Positions 1-8,530 of a stretch of DNA of 28,052 nucleotides are shown here, piece after piece; the stretch's first letter is position 1, and every line of letters begins with the position of its first letter. A program made the translations under genes and the position numbers. This stretch comes from a virus (Duplodnaviria; Caudoviricetes): positions 1 through 28,052 of IMG/VR virus record IMGVR_UViG_3300005573_000242, one strand, 5' to 3'. A model generated the notes under the pieces. The model did no database searches. It had not been told where the DNA came from and saw only the letters and a list, made by a program, of their open reading frames with translations.

Positions 1-1
1 A

Positions 2-181
2 CATCCTTCTGAAGATACCAAAATAAAAATAGAGAATAAAGAAAAACCATTAAAAGAAATTCTAACTAAAATAACAAAACTTTTGTCTGAATATAATGAA
101 AAAATAGAAGAAGTAAAAGAACTAAGAAAAAGAGCATATGCGAATTTTAAATGGGGATTACAAGATATACTCCTTTTTTAA
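2..181 (+). CDS. 5'-truncated hypothetical protein (coiled-coil-like C-terminal part)
   Basis: Frame 2 is open from the window edge (HPSEDTKIKIENKEKPLKEIL...GLQDILLF) to TAA at 179-181 and is followed by the RBS of the next gene. Read by hand, not in the ORF track. Confidence 0.6.
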   Translation, partial: HPSEDTKIKIENKEKPLKEILTKITKLLSEYNEKIEEVKELRKRAYANFKWGLQDILLF

Positions 182-197
182 AAAGAGGTGATGAAAA

Positions 198-329
198 ATG
201 ATAGAATGCCCATTAATGAATAAAAACACAAAAAACAGAAGTAAAGATTGTGAATGCCCGTGTTCTGAAGAATATATTTGTGAATATGAAAAGCAACAAA
301 TAAAAAAAATAGAGGATAGTTTTGTTTAA
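198..329 (+). CDS. small Cys-rich protein (43 aa), possible metal-binding
   Basis: GAGGTGA RBS at 185-191 and ATG at 198; MIECPLMNKNTKNRSKDCECPCSEEYICEYEKQQIKKIEDSFV. Below the ORF track cutoff. Confidence 0.55.
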   Translation: MIECPLMNKNTKNRSKDCECPCSEEYICEYEKQQIKKIEDSFV

Positions 330-388
330 AGATGAGAGAAAAAAAACATAACCCCCCATAGATTATTAGGTTTATGGGGGTATAAAAA

Positions 389-1165
389 ATGAAACTTGAA
401 GCAAAAGGAGAACTAACGGGTATAACGGCATTGTTAAAGCAATGTGAAAATTTGGGGAAAGCATCGGATTTGATTGTGAACATAGAAGACAAAGGGATAA
501 CTATAAGTGTAATAGATGCTTCACATGTTGCTTTATTTACAGGAAGCATAAAGAAAGAGTATTTCAAGGAATACACTGCTGAAGCAGGAACTACAGTTAT
601 AGATTGGGAAAAACTGTATAAGGTTTTAACTTTAATTGGGAAAAATACAGAATTTATTTTAAAAATAAAAGAGAATTATCTCTATCTTCAAACTGATAAA
701 ACTTCTTACAGGATGGGATTATACACAGATAAAGAGACAAAATTACCAAGACTTCCAGAATTAGAGTTCACATCTTCTTTTATCGCTCAAAGTTCAGAGT
801 TTTTAACGGCTTGTAAACTTTTAGAAACTATAGAAGAGGATAGTATCAAGTTCTTCATAACCACAAAAGGAATAGAGATAAAAGGAAATAACAATAAGGA
901 TGAAGTAATTTATAGTATTCCTTCAGATAATTTAAAAGAATTCTCTCTAAAGAAAAAGAAAATAAAAGCAGAGTTCTCTGTTGATTTCCTTAAATCATTT
1001 CTAAAAAACACATCAGTAGAAGAACTAAAAATTGAGATGGAAACAGACATACCAATAAAGTTTACAACTCTGATAAACTCGAACATTGAAAGCACATACT
1101 TAGTAGCTCCACGAATAGAAGATGATAATGAAAAGGAAGAGGAGGAAGACAATGCCGATAACTGA
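389..1165 (+). CDS. pcn: PCNA sliding clamp (archaeal type)
   Basis: 258 aa; N-terminal 'GITISVIDASHVAL' matches the PCNA D.SHV motif; C-terminal 'YLVAPRIE' is the PCNA hallmark; acidic tail. Confidence 0.93.
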   Translation: MKLEAKGELTGITALLKQCENLGKASDLIVNIEDKGITISVIDASHVALFTGSIKKEYFKEYTAEAGTTVIDWEKLYKVLTLIGKNTEFILKIKENYLYLQTDKTSYRMGLYTDKETKLPRLPELEFTSSFIAQSSEFLTACKLLETIEEDSIKFFITTKGIEIKGNNNKDEVIYSIPSDNLKEFSLKKKKIKAEFSVDFLKSFLKNTSVEELKIEMETDIPIKFTTLINSNIESTYLVAPRIEDDNEKEEEEDNADN

Positions 1166-1385
1166 ACTTGAAGCAATAATCCCATCTTTAGGAAATAGAA
1201 CACTGCAACTCTTCTTAGCCACATGTGATATTTGTGGTGCGGAGTTTTTTTCTCTAAGTAAAAAACAATGTTTTCATAATCTGCAAATGCACATCTTTTA
1301 TAAACATAATACTAATGGATATATAAGTATAATACAAAAAACTAAAGAACACACTTCTGTTAATTCTAATGACTTTCCCCTTTGA
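1152..1385 (+). CDS. C2H2-type zinc-finger protein
   Basis: GGAGGA at 1141-1146 before ATG 1152; motif CDICG-x17-HIFYKH. Confidence 0.7.
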   Translation: MPITELEAIIPSLGNRTLQLFLATCDICGAEFFSLSKKQCFHNLQMHIFYKHNTNGYISIIQKTKEHTSVNSNDFPL

Positions 1386-1460
1386 TTTTTAGTTGAATGC
1401 GTTTTAACCCTCTTTCCTGTTGTTTTTCTGTGTTTTTGCAAATTTCAATCTTAAAAAAGT

Positions 1461-1690
1461 GCAATTAACAAACTTGAAAAAATTTTTCTTTTTGCTTCTC
1501 GATTCAAGAAAGAATGTTATCAACAAAATTTTTTTTTTTCATCTTTTAGGGGGTTACCCTTTTGGAGAGAGAGGGTATCCCTCCAAAACACAAAATGAAT
1601 TTAGAAATATGCAATTAAGTAATTGAAAAAAAATTTTCTTTTTTCTTCTTAAAATAAGAATGAACTCTATCGCTTAAATTTTTTTGTTTT
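1461..1690. repeat. imperfect ~80-bp direct repeat, two copies 150 bp apart, rich in A/T tracts
   Basis: 1461 gcaattaacaaacttgaaaaaatttttctttttgcttctc... versus 1611 gcaattaagtaattgaaaaaaaattttcttttttcttctt...; similarity continues through aagaa.gaa...tatc....aaattttttt. Confidence 0.75.
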
Positions 1691-1886
1691 TCAAAAAAGA
1701 GAGAGAGAGGGGGGAAAGAGCACATGCTCTCGGAGGTAAAAACACGGGTAACATTAATAAAAAAAAGATACCCCACTCTCTCCAGTAAGGAGTATATTCT
1801 TTTTTGTTTATTAATGTTTTCTTATTTTACTTGAGAGAAAAAAAATATAAAAGACCATATATCTTTGGTTTTTTGGAGGTAAAAAC

Positions 1887-2123
1887 ATGAATCTAAAGAA
1901 AGGATTAAAGGTGTTAAAAGAAAAAAGATGTCCTCTTTGTGATGGGAAAAGGATTTCAATGATGAAAGAATATTCAGAAGGTAGTTCTGCAATGTATCTA
2001 ACTATCTTCTGTAGAGACTGTAGTTTTGATAGTGAATGGGTATTCAAAGTATCTGGTAAGTCTTCTTTGTTTAGATTTGGGCTTGCTCTTGAGGAATTAA
2101 ACGAAGAGGGAGGGAAACAATGA
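1887..2123 (+). CDS. Zn-ribbon protein
   Basis: GGAGGT RBS; CPLC...CRDC pair. Confidence 0.75.
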   Translation: MNLKKGLKVLKEKRCPLCDGKRISMMKEYSEGSSAMYLTIFCRDCSFDSEWVFKVSGKSSLFRFGLALEELNEEGGKQ

Positions 2124-2473
2124 GTTCTATAAATATAGAAGAACTCAAATTTTTTTTAAAATCAGAAGAAGGGAAAGCCCTTCTTAAAGAAGTTATTAAA
2201 TATGAAAAGAGAAGAAAGACCAGACACAACACAGAAACAAAAATCAAGAAAAAATTTCAGAAAGTTATACATTTTATTTCAAAGAAATACCTGAACGGAC
2301 TAAAAGTATCAGATTTATCAGATGAACTACTGAATGAAGCCATACAAATGACAATCGGGACCTCAGCACCTACTATTAGGAAATGGAAATCTCTTTTTAT
2401 TTCAAATCATTTGTTGAAAGAATGGAAACAAGGATGGTATGTAGTAATAGAGAAAACAAAAAAAAATAATTGA
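2120..2473 (+). CDS. basic, probable winged-HTH DNA-binding protein
   Basis: ATGA overlap with the upstream gene; 'GTSAPTIRKWKSLF...LLKEWKQGWYVV' resembles a recognition helix plus wing. Confidence 0.55.
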   Translation: MSSINIEELKFFLKSEEGKALLKEVIKYEKRRKTRHNTETKIKKKFQKVIHFISKKYLNGLKVSDLSDELLNEAIQMTIGTSAPTIRKWKSLFISNHLLKEWKQGWYVVIEKTKKNN

Positions 2474-2496
2474 TAGAAATGAGAAGGGGGTCTAAT

Positions 2497-2733
2497 ATGA
2501 AACAGAAAGTTTTTGTTGAGTTGGAAAATGTAAAAGATTTGAATTCAATTTGTGAATTTATGAAAGAGCATGGGATAGATTTTGAACTTAAATATGAGGT
2601 TGTTATTCATGAAAAAGGGAATAATCATAGAATAACCGATTTTGAAGAACTAAAGGATTATGTAGCGTGGATAATATGGGAAAAAGAATTTAAGAATCCC
2701 CAAGAAAAGCATGATGTATCAAAGCATGATTAG
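2497..2733 (+). CDS. hypothetical protein
   Basis: AGGGGG RBS before ATG 2497; 78 aa; continues the operon. Confidence 0.6.
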   Translation: MKQKVFVELENVKDLNSICEFMKEHGIDFELKYEVVIHEKGNNHRITDFEELKDYVAWIIWEKEFKNPQEKHDVSKHD

Positions 2734-2875
2734 ACAGATTAGCCTCTAAAATCTTTCTATGTATATTGAACAATCTCTTTCCGCAAACAGGGCAATAAGA
2801 AACATAAACTACTATTTCAGGCTCTGTTTTATCTTCAATAGGGGTGTATTTTACTTCTTTTATAGCGTATTGCAT
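2690..2875 (-). CDS. C2H2-type zinc-finger protein
   Basis: CPVCG-x17-HALIH; the start overlaps the stop of the upstream paralog (TAATG). Confidence 0.7.
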   Translation of the reverse strand: MQYAIKEVKYTPIEDKTEPEIVVYVSYCPVCGKRLFNIHRKILEANLSNHALIHHAFLGDS

Positions 2876-3039
2876 TATTTTGTTCCCTCTTCTATTTCCT
2901 TTGGTTCTTTCTTTTCTTCATGCGTTAGTTTGTGAACTTTTAGATTATGCTCTACTTGTTTTTTATAAATACTCTCAATTACTTTTCCGCATATATCACA
3001 AGTATAACGGTAAACTCTAAGTCTTTTTTTCTGAGGCAT
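2875..3039 (-). CDS. C2H2-type zinc-finger protein (54 aa)
   Basis: Read by hand: MPQKKRLRVYRYTCDICGKVIESIYKKQVEHNLKVHKLTHEEKKEPKEIEEGTK; purine-rich GGGAGAG upstream; clear paralog of 1152..1385. Confidence 0.75.
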   Translation of the reverse strand: MPQKKRLRVYRYTCDICGKVIESIYKKQVEHNLKVHKLTHEEKKEPKEIEEGTK

Positions 3040-3166
3040 GGTATATACTCTACTCTCTCCCTTTATTTATTTTTTATTTTTTATACAAACAAAAAAAGTA
3101 ATATTATTTTTGACAAAGAAGGTTTATCTATTGGTGGTTGGTTTCAATTCTATGGAGGTAAAAACT

Positions 3167-3991
3167 ATGTCTATACCAGCAATAGTTTATAAGAAAGAAG
3201 CGAACTATAATGAGTTTAAGGATTTTCTTGAGGGGTATCTTTATAAGATACGAAGTATAAGCACAGAAGATAAGGAAGGAGCAATATATCATACGGTTTC
3301 AGGGAAACCTGTTTATGCTCATGTTGTTGTTTTCCCTGACAGAGGCGAAGTTTTTCTTAACAATTCATATAAAGAACAACTCCCCTCCTTTGAAGAACAA
3401 CTCTCACCAATAATAACACAATTAGAAAAGCATACTTTCTATAAAATACTCTATTCTTTGTATTTGGATACACGGTTCTATGCTCTTTGTGTTCTTGATA
3501 ATTCATTAGTATATGAACATGACCCTGAGGCTTCACCATACTATCCTGTAATACGAATTAGAGCAAGCCTATCTAACAAACTATCGTTTCATGTTGAAAC
3601 AAGCATGTATAGACATCTGTGTTCTAATCTATTGTATGGAATAAATAGTATGCTGTCTATCACAAAGAGAAAAACAAAGAATTTCTCGGTTTCTGATTTA
3701 AACATATTGAAAACAGTAGAAAAACTAAAAGAGATATTTCCTTTTTTTGATAAGATGGGGTTAATCCCTATCAACGCGAATGAAATTAATTCCTTAGCGA
3801 TACCCGAAAAAACAAAAAAAGAAATAAAGAAACAAATACAAAAAGAAGTAAGAACAAGAACGCCTACTGTTTGGGATTATTATATGGCTTCAACTTACAT
3901 TCTATCAAGAAGTGATTTATCTGAAACAACACAAGACAGGATAGAAAAAGAACTTTATCGAGTGATAGAAAGAAGCGGAGGCTTAGCATGA
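3167..3991 (+). CDS. DUF932-like protein
   Basis: GGAGGT RBS before ATG 3167; 'MYRHLCSNLL' resembles the DUF932 R.vC.N motif; C-terminal 'TVWDYYMAST' resembles the T.W.lyNA.T helix. Confidence 0.65.
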   Translation: MSIPAIVYKKEANYNEFKDFLEGYLYKIRSISTEDKEGAIYHTVSGKPVYAHVVVFPDRGEVFLNNSYKEQLPSFEEQLSPIITQLEKHTFYKILYSLYLDTRFYALCVLDNSLVYEHDPEASPYYPVIRIRASLSNKLSFHVETSMYRHLCSNLLYGINSMLSITKRKTKNFSVSDLNILKTVEKLKEIFPFFDKMGLIPINANEINSLAIPEKTKKEIKKQIQKEVRTRTPTVWDYYMASTYILSRSDLSETTQDRIEKELYRVIERSGGLA

Positions 3992-4143
3992 AAGAAGATA
4001 AAGTAGTGTTAATTCCTATCAAAGAAAACACACGAAATAAACTTATTTTGCTTAAAGAGCAAATCAGACAGAAGTATAAAATGAACCATACCCCGACTTT
4101 TGATGAGGTAATACTATGCTTCCTGAAGGAAAAGAACACTTAG
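3988..4143 (+). CDS. ribbon-helix-helix DNA-binding protein (51 aa)
   Basis: Read by hand: GGAGG RBS, ATGA overlap; MKEDKVVLIPIKENTRNKLILLKEQ...TFDEVILCFL fits the archaeal RHH pattern (I.I..ET...L..LK....tfdevI..L). Confidence 0.7.
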   Translation: MKEDKVVLIPIKENTRNKLILLKEQIRQKYKMNHTPTFDEVILCFLKEKNT

Positions 4144-5408
4144 ATTTATACAAAGAAGTATTTGAAGAGAACTGCTGGAAACATCCTCTATATGCGGAAG
4201 CAAGTTATTACATGCTTCTTGCTCAAATGCCTAATATTAAAAAGAACTTGATAACATATACTTCACATTACATTGATTTACGAATTCATCTATGTTATTT
4301 AGCACCTTCTGGAACGGGGAAAGGAGCGGGTGCGAGATTTATCTCACAGGTTGCTAAGGATATAGGGCTAAAATTTCAAGCAGTTTCAGAAATCACAGAT
4401 GCAGGTTTAGTAGGGCGTATAGTCAAAGATAGGATATACAATCCTGTAACAAAAACAACAAGCATGGCGAATATGATTGAAAGAGGGTTCTTAGACCCCG
4501 CAACAGGAATAAACATATTGTTCTCAGGTGAAGCAGAAACTCTTTTGAGGTCTCCCTCACCTTACACAACGCAGGTATTGAATTTACTTCAAATTGCTAT
4601 GAACCCTATGGGGTCAGAAGACAACAGAATAGTAAAAAAATTAGCAGTAGATTACCCCATAGATATACAACCTACATGTTCTATTTTTTTAACATCATAT
4701 CCTCCTCCTATGTTGTGGCAAATCCTCACAGAGCGAGGTTTACTTCAGAGAATGCTGTTTATCCCTATACAATTCACACCTGAAGAAATCAAAGAAATAA
4801 CTATGTTGGCTATGTCAAAGATTGATTTAACAGGAACAGATACTTCTATTAAAGAGAAATACAATATGCTTATTAGTGGTTTTAAAGAGATAAATGATTT
4901 CTACGAAACTAATTTAACCCCTCATATTCGAGATGATGCTGTCAAAAATAAACTTAAAGAACTCGTTGCTGTGTTCTACGAACGAGTTTTTAATACAATT
5001 CCTATGGTTAGAACGCAACTTGAGAAATTTGTTCAAAGGTATATGGAATATTTAATAAAACTATCTTTTTTACATGCTTTTTCAAGAAAATCTGCTTCTG
5101 TTGAAATGATAGACTTAGAAACAGCATATATATTTATTCAAAAAATATGGGTAAGTATAATATCCTTCTTCGAATTCTCCTATAAGAAATCTCAAGATGA
5201 AGTTTTTGCTGAAACACGCTGGAAGTCTCTTCTATACACAATATTCCCAAGAACGGATATAGGTTTAGTGGAAAACGATATTATCAGAAAGATAGTTTCT
5301 TCTTTACAAGTATCTGTAGAAGCCTCCACGCGAATCATGTCCTATTGGAAAGAACGAAATTGGATTTATAAAAAAGAAGATTTTTACTATAGAAACCAAG
5401 ATATATAA
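4116..5408 (+). CDS. MCM-like AAA+ helicase (ATPase plus C-terminal winged helix only)
   Basis: 'RIHLCYLAPSGTGKG' Walker A in MCM context; 'TDAGLVG' resembles MCM SaAGLta; degenerate Walker B 'ILFSGE'; 'LLQRML' Arg finger; GAGGT RBS. Confidence 0.75.
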   Translation: MLPEGKEHLDLYKEVFEENCWKHPLYAEASYYMLLAQMPNIKKNLITYTSHYIDLRIHLCYLAPSGTGKGAGARFISQVAKDIGLKFQAVSEITDAGLVGRIVKDRIYNPVTKTTSMANMIERGFLDPATGINILFSGEAETLLRSPSPYTTQVLNLLQIAMNPMGSEDNRIVKKLAVDYPIDIQPTCSIFLTSYPPPMLWQILTERGLLQRMLFIPIQFTPEEIKEITMLAMSKIDLTGTDTSIKEKYNMLISGFKEINDFYETNLTPHIRDDAVKNKLKELVAVFYERVFNTIPMVRTQLEKFVQRYMEYLIKLSFLHAFSRKSASVEMIDLETAYIFIQKIWVSIISFFEFSYKKSQDEVFAETRWKSLLYTIFPRTDIGLVENDIIRKIVSSLQVSVEASTRIMSYWKERNWIYKKEDFYYRNQDI

Positions 5409-5483
5409 ATACTTATTTTTTCTTAAAAACAAAGAAACAATATATAGTATTCTTTTCTAAAGTAAAGAATGGAGGTTGTGAAT

Positions 5484-6425
5484 ATGGCAACAATAAGTAT
5501 GAAGGATTTAACAGGAATGTTAAACATGAAGTATAAGAACATAACAACGGAACTTGTGAACTTCTCTAAAGCAAGTGGTAGAATGAGCGATGATTTGCTA
5601 AAAGAATTTTTGGCGATATACAATGAGAAATATATGGAAAGTTTCAATGAAGAAAGCAGAATGTATCAGACTTGGATAATCCTCAAGGCGCGATATATCA
5701 ATGAACTTCAAAAAGCCATATATCCTTTAACAGTAAAGATTTTAAAAGTTTTTCCAATAAAAACAATCTACAAAGACGAGAATAAAGAAACAAAAATACT
5801 TACTTTCTTAGGGCTGGTTTCAAATGGAACGCTTGGTAAGTTTAATGTGTTTAATGAAATGATAGAGATTTGTAAAGATATACACCCTGAAGGAGTATAT
5901 CATATTACAGCAAAGAAAACACAAGAAAGAGGCAATATAATAGAATACAATGTTCTAAAGACACCAGAACCAAGCACAGAGCAAATTATAGGAGATATTG
6001 CTTCTGCAATACAGAATGCTTACAAACCTGCTAAGATTATGGAACTCACACCATCCCCCGAAGAAGTATTTATAAAAGGTATAGTCGTTGGTTTGTCTCA
6101 GAGGACCCGAGCATCGGATGGAAAACCGTTTTATGTTGTTTCGTTGGTTGATGACAGCGTGCCACTTCAGGAAATTCAAAACAATAGATTTCGCTTTGAT
6201 ATTATAATGAATTGTGGGGATGTGTTCTTTGATATAGGCTCTGAACTAATACTCGTAGGTGTTGTATATACAGATGAAAAAACACAGAGAATAAAATTCA
6301 AACAATCTTTAGTTATACCGTCTATCATAATCCCCTTACCTACAACAACAGTTGAAACTACTAACGCTTCTACAAACAATAAACCAGCAACAGAATTCGC
6401 AAATAAATTAGTTGGAGGTATCTGA
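5484..6425 (+). CDS. RPA-like OB-fold ssDNA-binding protein
   Basis: GGAGGT RBS before ATG 5484; two OB-like segments ('LTVKILKVFPIKTI', 'VFIKGIVVGLSQRTRASDGKPFYVVSLVDDS'); flexible C-terminal tail; replication context. Confidence 0.6.
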   Translation: MATISMKDLTGMLNMKYKNITTELVNFSKASGRMSDDLLKEFLAIYNEKYMESFNEESRMYQTWIILKARYINELQKAIYPLTVKILKVFPIKTIYKDENKETKILTFLGLVSNGTLGKFNVFNEMIEICKDIHPEGVYHITAKKTQERGNIIEYNVLKTPEPSTEQIIGDIASAIQNAYKPAKIMELTPSPEEVFIKGIVVGLSQRTRASDGKPFYVVSLVDDSVPLQEIQNNRFRFDIIMNCGDVFFDIGSELILVGVVYTDEKTQRIKFKQSLVIPSIIIPLPTTTVETTNASTNNKPATEFANKLVGGI

Positions 6426-6426
6426 A

Positions 6427-6720
6427 ATGAAAGTTGAGGAATTCTTAGAACAGGTATCTATCGTTGCTGATAGCCCTACTCCTTATAAAACATCAATTGA
6501 ACTTCCTGTTGAAGTAAAAACATGGGGAAACTGGTCCTTGGGTAAAATAAAAAATCTAAAACACCCTGATATACCCCCCAAACTTTTGGTCACTCTGAAA
6601 TCACATCTTAGAATGAAAAACATTGTATCTTTTCAGATAGAACAAACTATTTATTTTCTTGATGTTGAAACAGGAAAAATAGCCTCTGTAGTTTTACCAG
6701 AAGGAGGGATGTTAGAATGA
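6427..6720 (+). CDS. hypothetical protein
   Basis: GGAGGT RBS; tightly packed in the operon. Confidence 0.65.
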   Translation: MKVEEFLEQVSIVADSPTPYKTSIELPVEVKTWGNWSLGKIKNLKHPDIPPKLLVTLKSHLRMKNIVSFQIEQTIYFLDVETGKIASVVLPEGGMLE

Positions 6721-7472
6721 CCTTCCCACAAAGAATTTTAGTCTATGGTGATGCCAAAACAGGAAAAACACATTTTGCATTATCTATCGTAAAATACTAT
6801 AAATCCCCTGAAGATGTAGAGGTTTTCTTTTTGGATTTGGATGGAGGAGCATATCCTCTTCTAAAAAAAGGAGTATTTCCATCTGAATTCACAAAATCTA
6901 TTCATATATCTACTCCTTCATCTTTTCAAGAAGTTATAAAAGATACGGAAGAAGCCTTAAAAGAAGGTTTAATGAGAATGAAAAAAAAAGCAATATGGGT
7001 AGTAATAGATAATGTAGGAAGAATGTGGGAATTAACAAGAGAGGAATATACCCAACAAGTATGGGGGAAATCATATCTTGATTTACTTATAGCAAAGAGA
7101 AAGCAAGCTATACAAGAGCACAAAGGGAATAAACCTGTATTCTCACCGATGTTTGATTATCAAGTTATCAATCCTATGTATTTTAGATGGATAGAAAGTA
7201 TAAAGAATTCTGGTTTAAACTTCATGCTTCTTACACCTGCACAACCTGTTTTTGACGAAGAAGAAATAACAAGAATCATAGGATGGATACCCAAAGGACA
7301 GAAAGATGATAAATTCCGAGTAGATACCATTCTGTTTAAGTATATTGATGAAGGGAAAAGATATACAGATGTATCAGGGTCAAGATGGGTAACAGAACTA
7401 CCCACACATATAGAAGGAGAATTCCCAGAAGTAATAAAGGTAATATTCCCCAAAGGGATGGAAGAACTATGA
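6717..7472 (+). CDS. RecA-superfamily ATPase (AAA_24/Sak4-like recombinase)
   Basis: Walker A 'ILVYGDAKTGKT'; 'FLDLDGG'; Walker B 'WVVIDN'; 251 aa; near the SSB gene. Confidence 0.75.
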   Translation: MTFPQRILVYGDAKTGKTHFALSIVKYYKSPEDVEVFFLDLDGGAYPLLKKGVFPSEFTKSIHISTPSSFQEVIKDTEEALKEGLMRMKKKAIWVVIDNVGRMWELTREEYTQQVWGKSYLDLLIAKRKQAIQEHKGNKPVFSPMFDYQVINPMYFRWIESIKNSGLNFMLLTPAQPVFDEEEITRIIGWIPKGQKDDKFRVDTILFKYIDEGKRYTDVSGSRWVTELPTHIEGEFPEVIKVIFPKGMEEL

Positions 7473-8530
7473 TAAATGATATTCCTGATTGGTGTTGTGT
7501 TGGGTTTCCAAGAAAGTATGGAAATCCTATTCAAGTTCCTGTGAACTCTAAAGAAGAGATACTTTCTAAGATTAATCAATCAGAAGCCGAAAATAAAGAC
7601 AGTTATCTTTCTATTTCTTATTTCCCCGATGAAAATAAAGTAGGTATAACTGAAATATTCTTAGACTTTGATACACATTTCCCTCAAGAAATAGGCATGA
7701 TTATGCTCCTTCTAAAGAAAAAACTACAAACTGCTATTTTTCAAAAAACACTATCATGGCGTTTAATCTACTCAGGCAAAAAAGGATTTCATTTACGGAT
7801 ACTCTTAAAACCTGCTGTTTATGAACTAACAGATGACCTCAAACAAACTTACAAAATGGTTCAGTTATTTTTTTCAAAAGGACTTGAAAAATACACAGAT
7901 ATTCATGTCTTAGGCGATGTAAAACGAATTGCTCGCATCCCTGGAACTACACATTCAGGGTCCAAGAAAACATGCTATGTTCTTAAAGCCATGGATAACC
8001 CTGAAACTCTAATGAACTTACAAGAGATATACCAGTTCTGCATAGATAATAACATGATGTTAGATGATTTGGTTGAAAGTGAAAAGATAGAAGGAGGAGC
8101 CTCTTTCTTTGCGGATATTGATTATCTCTCCCTCCCTAATGAACATTTTATTGTTTTACTTCCCTCTCTTATCCCACAGAAATGTGTATGGCATCATCTA
8201 ACTACGGAAAAAAATCCTCTTCACTTCGTAAGAGTTGCTTCTTGTATCATGCTGAAATACCTTGGTGTAAATCTTAAAAGTGCTCAAGCGTTTTATACCA
8301 AATGCGGTATGGTTTTTAATTGGGAAGATGTAGATAATGTAAGTAGGCGAACTTATCAGGTAGAATCTTTGTATCTCAAAAATTATTATCCAATGGGATG
8401 CCAGAAATTATATGAATACTTACCCTGTTTCTATGATTGTCCTTTTTACAAAGATAATATTATGAAGCCCAAAGAGATTTTAGAAATAGAAAACAAAAAG
8501 AAAAAGAAGAAATGGAGGACCATAAAATGA
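7469..8530 (+). CDS. archaeo-eukaryotic primase, PriS catalytic domain fused to a PriL-type Fe-S domain
   Basis: AEP motifs 'FLDFD', 'YSGKKGFHL' and 'DVKRIARIPGTTH'; C-terminal 'C...H..R...YQVE...YYPMGCQKL...PC...CP' matches PriL-CTD; ATGA-coupled start at 7469. Confidence 0.85.
   Translation: MINDIPDWCCVGFPRKYGNPIQVPVNSKEEILSKINQSEAENKDSYLSISYFPDENKVGITEIFLDFDTHFPQEIGMIMLLLKKKLQTAIFQKTLSWRLIYSGKKGFHLRILLKPAVYELTDDLKQTYKMVQLFFSKGLEKYTDIHVLGDVKRIARIPGTTHSGSKKTCYVLKAMDNPETLMNLQEIYQFCIDNNMMLDDLVESEKIEGGASFFADIDYLSLPNEHFIVLLPSLIPQKCVWHHLTTEKNPLHFVRVASCIMLKYLGVNLKSAQAFYTKCGMVFNWEDVDNVSRRTYQVESLYLKNYYPMGCQKLYEYLPCFYDCPFYKDNIMKPKEILEIENKKKKKKWRTIK

Noticed and set aside
1420-1626. 68-aa ORF with a TTG start
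   Set aside because: Low-complexity F/K translation of A/T tracts inside the repeat region, with no RBS.
2623-2643. PIP-box-like NHRITDF in the 2497..2733 protein
   Set aside because: It lacks the Gln and second aromatic residue and is internal, so it is too weak to claim without homolog conservation.
2947-3192. 81-aa + strand ORF and the upstream extension of 3038..3991
   Set aside because: The region is better explained by the minus-strand Zn-finger gene 2875..3039, an intergenic promoter region and an RBS-supported start at 3167.
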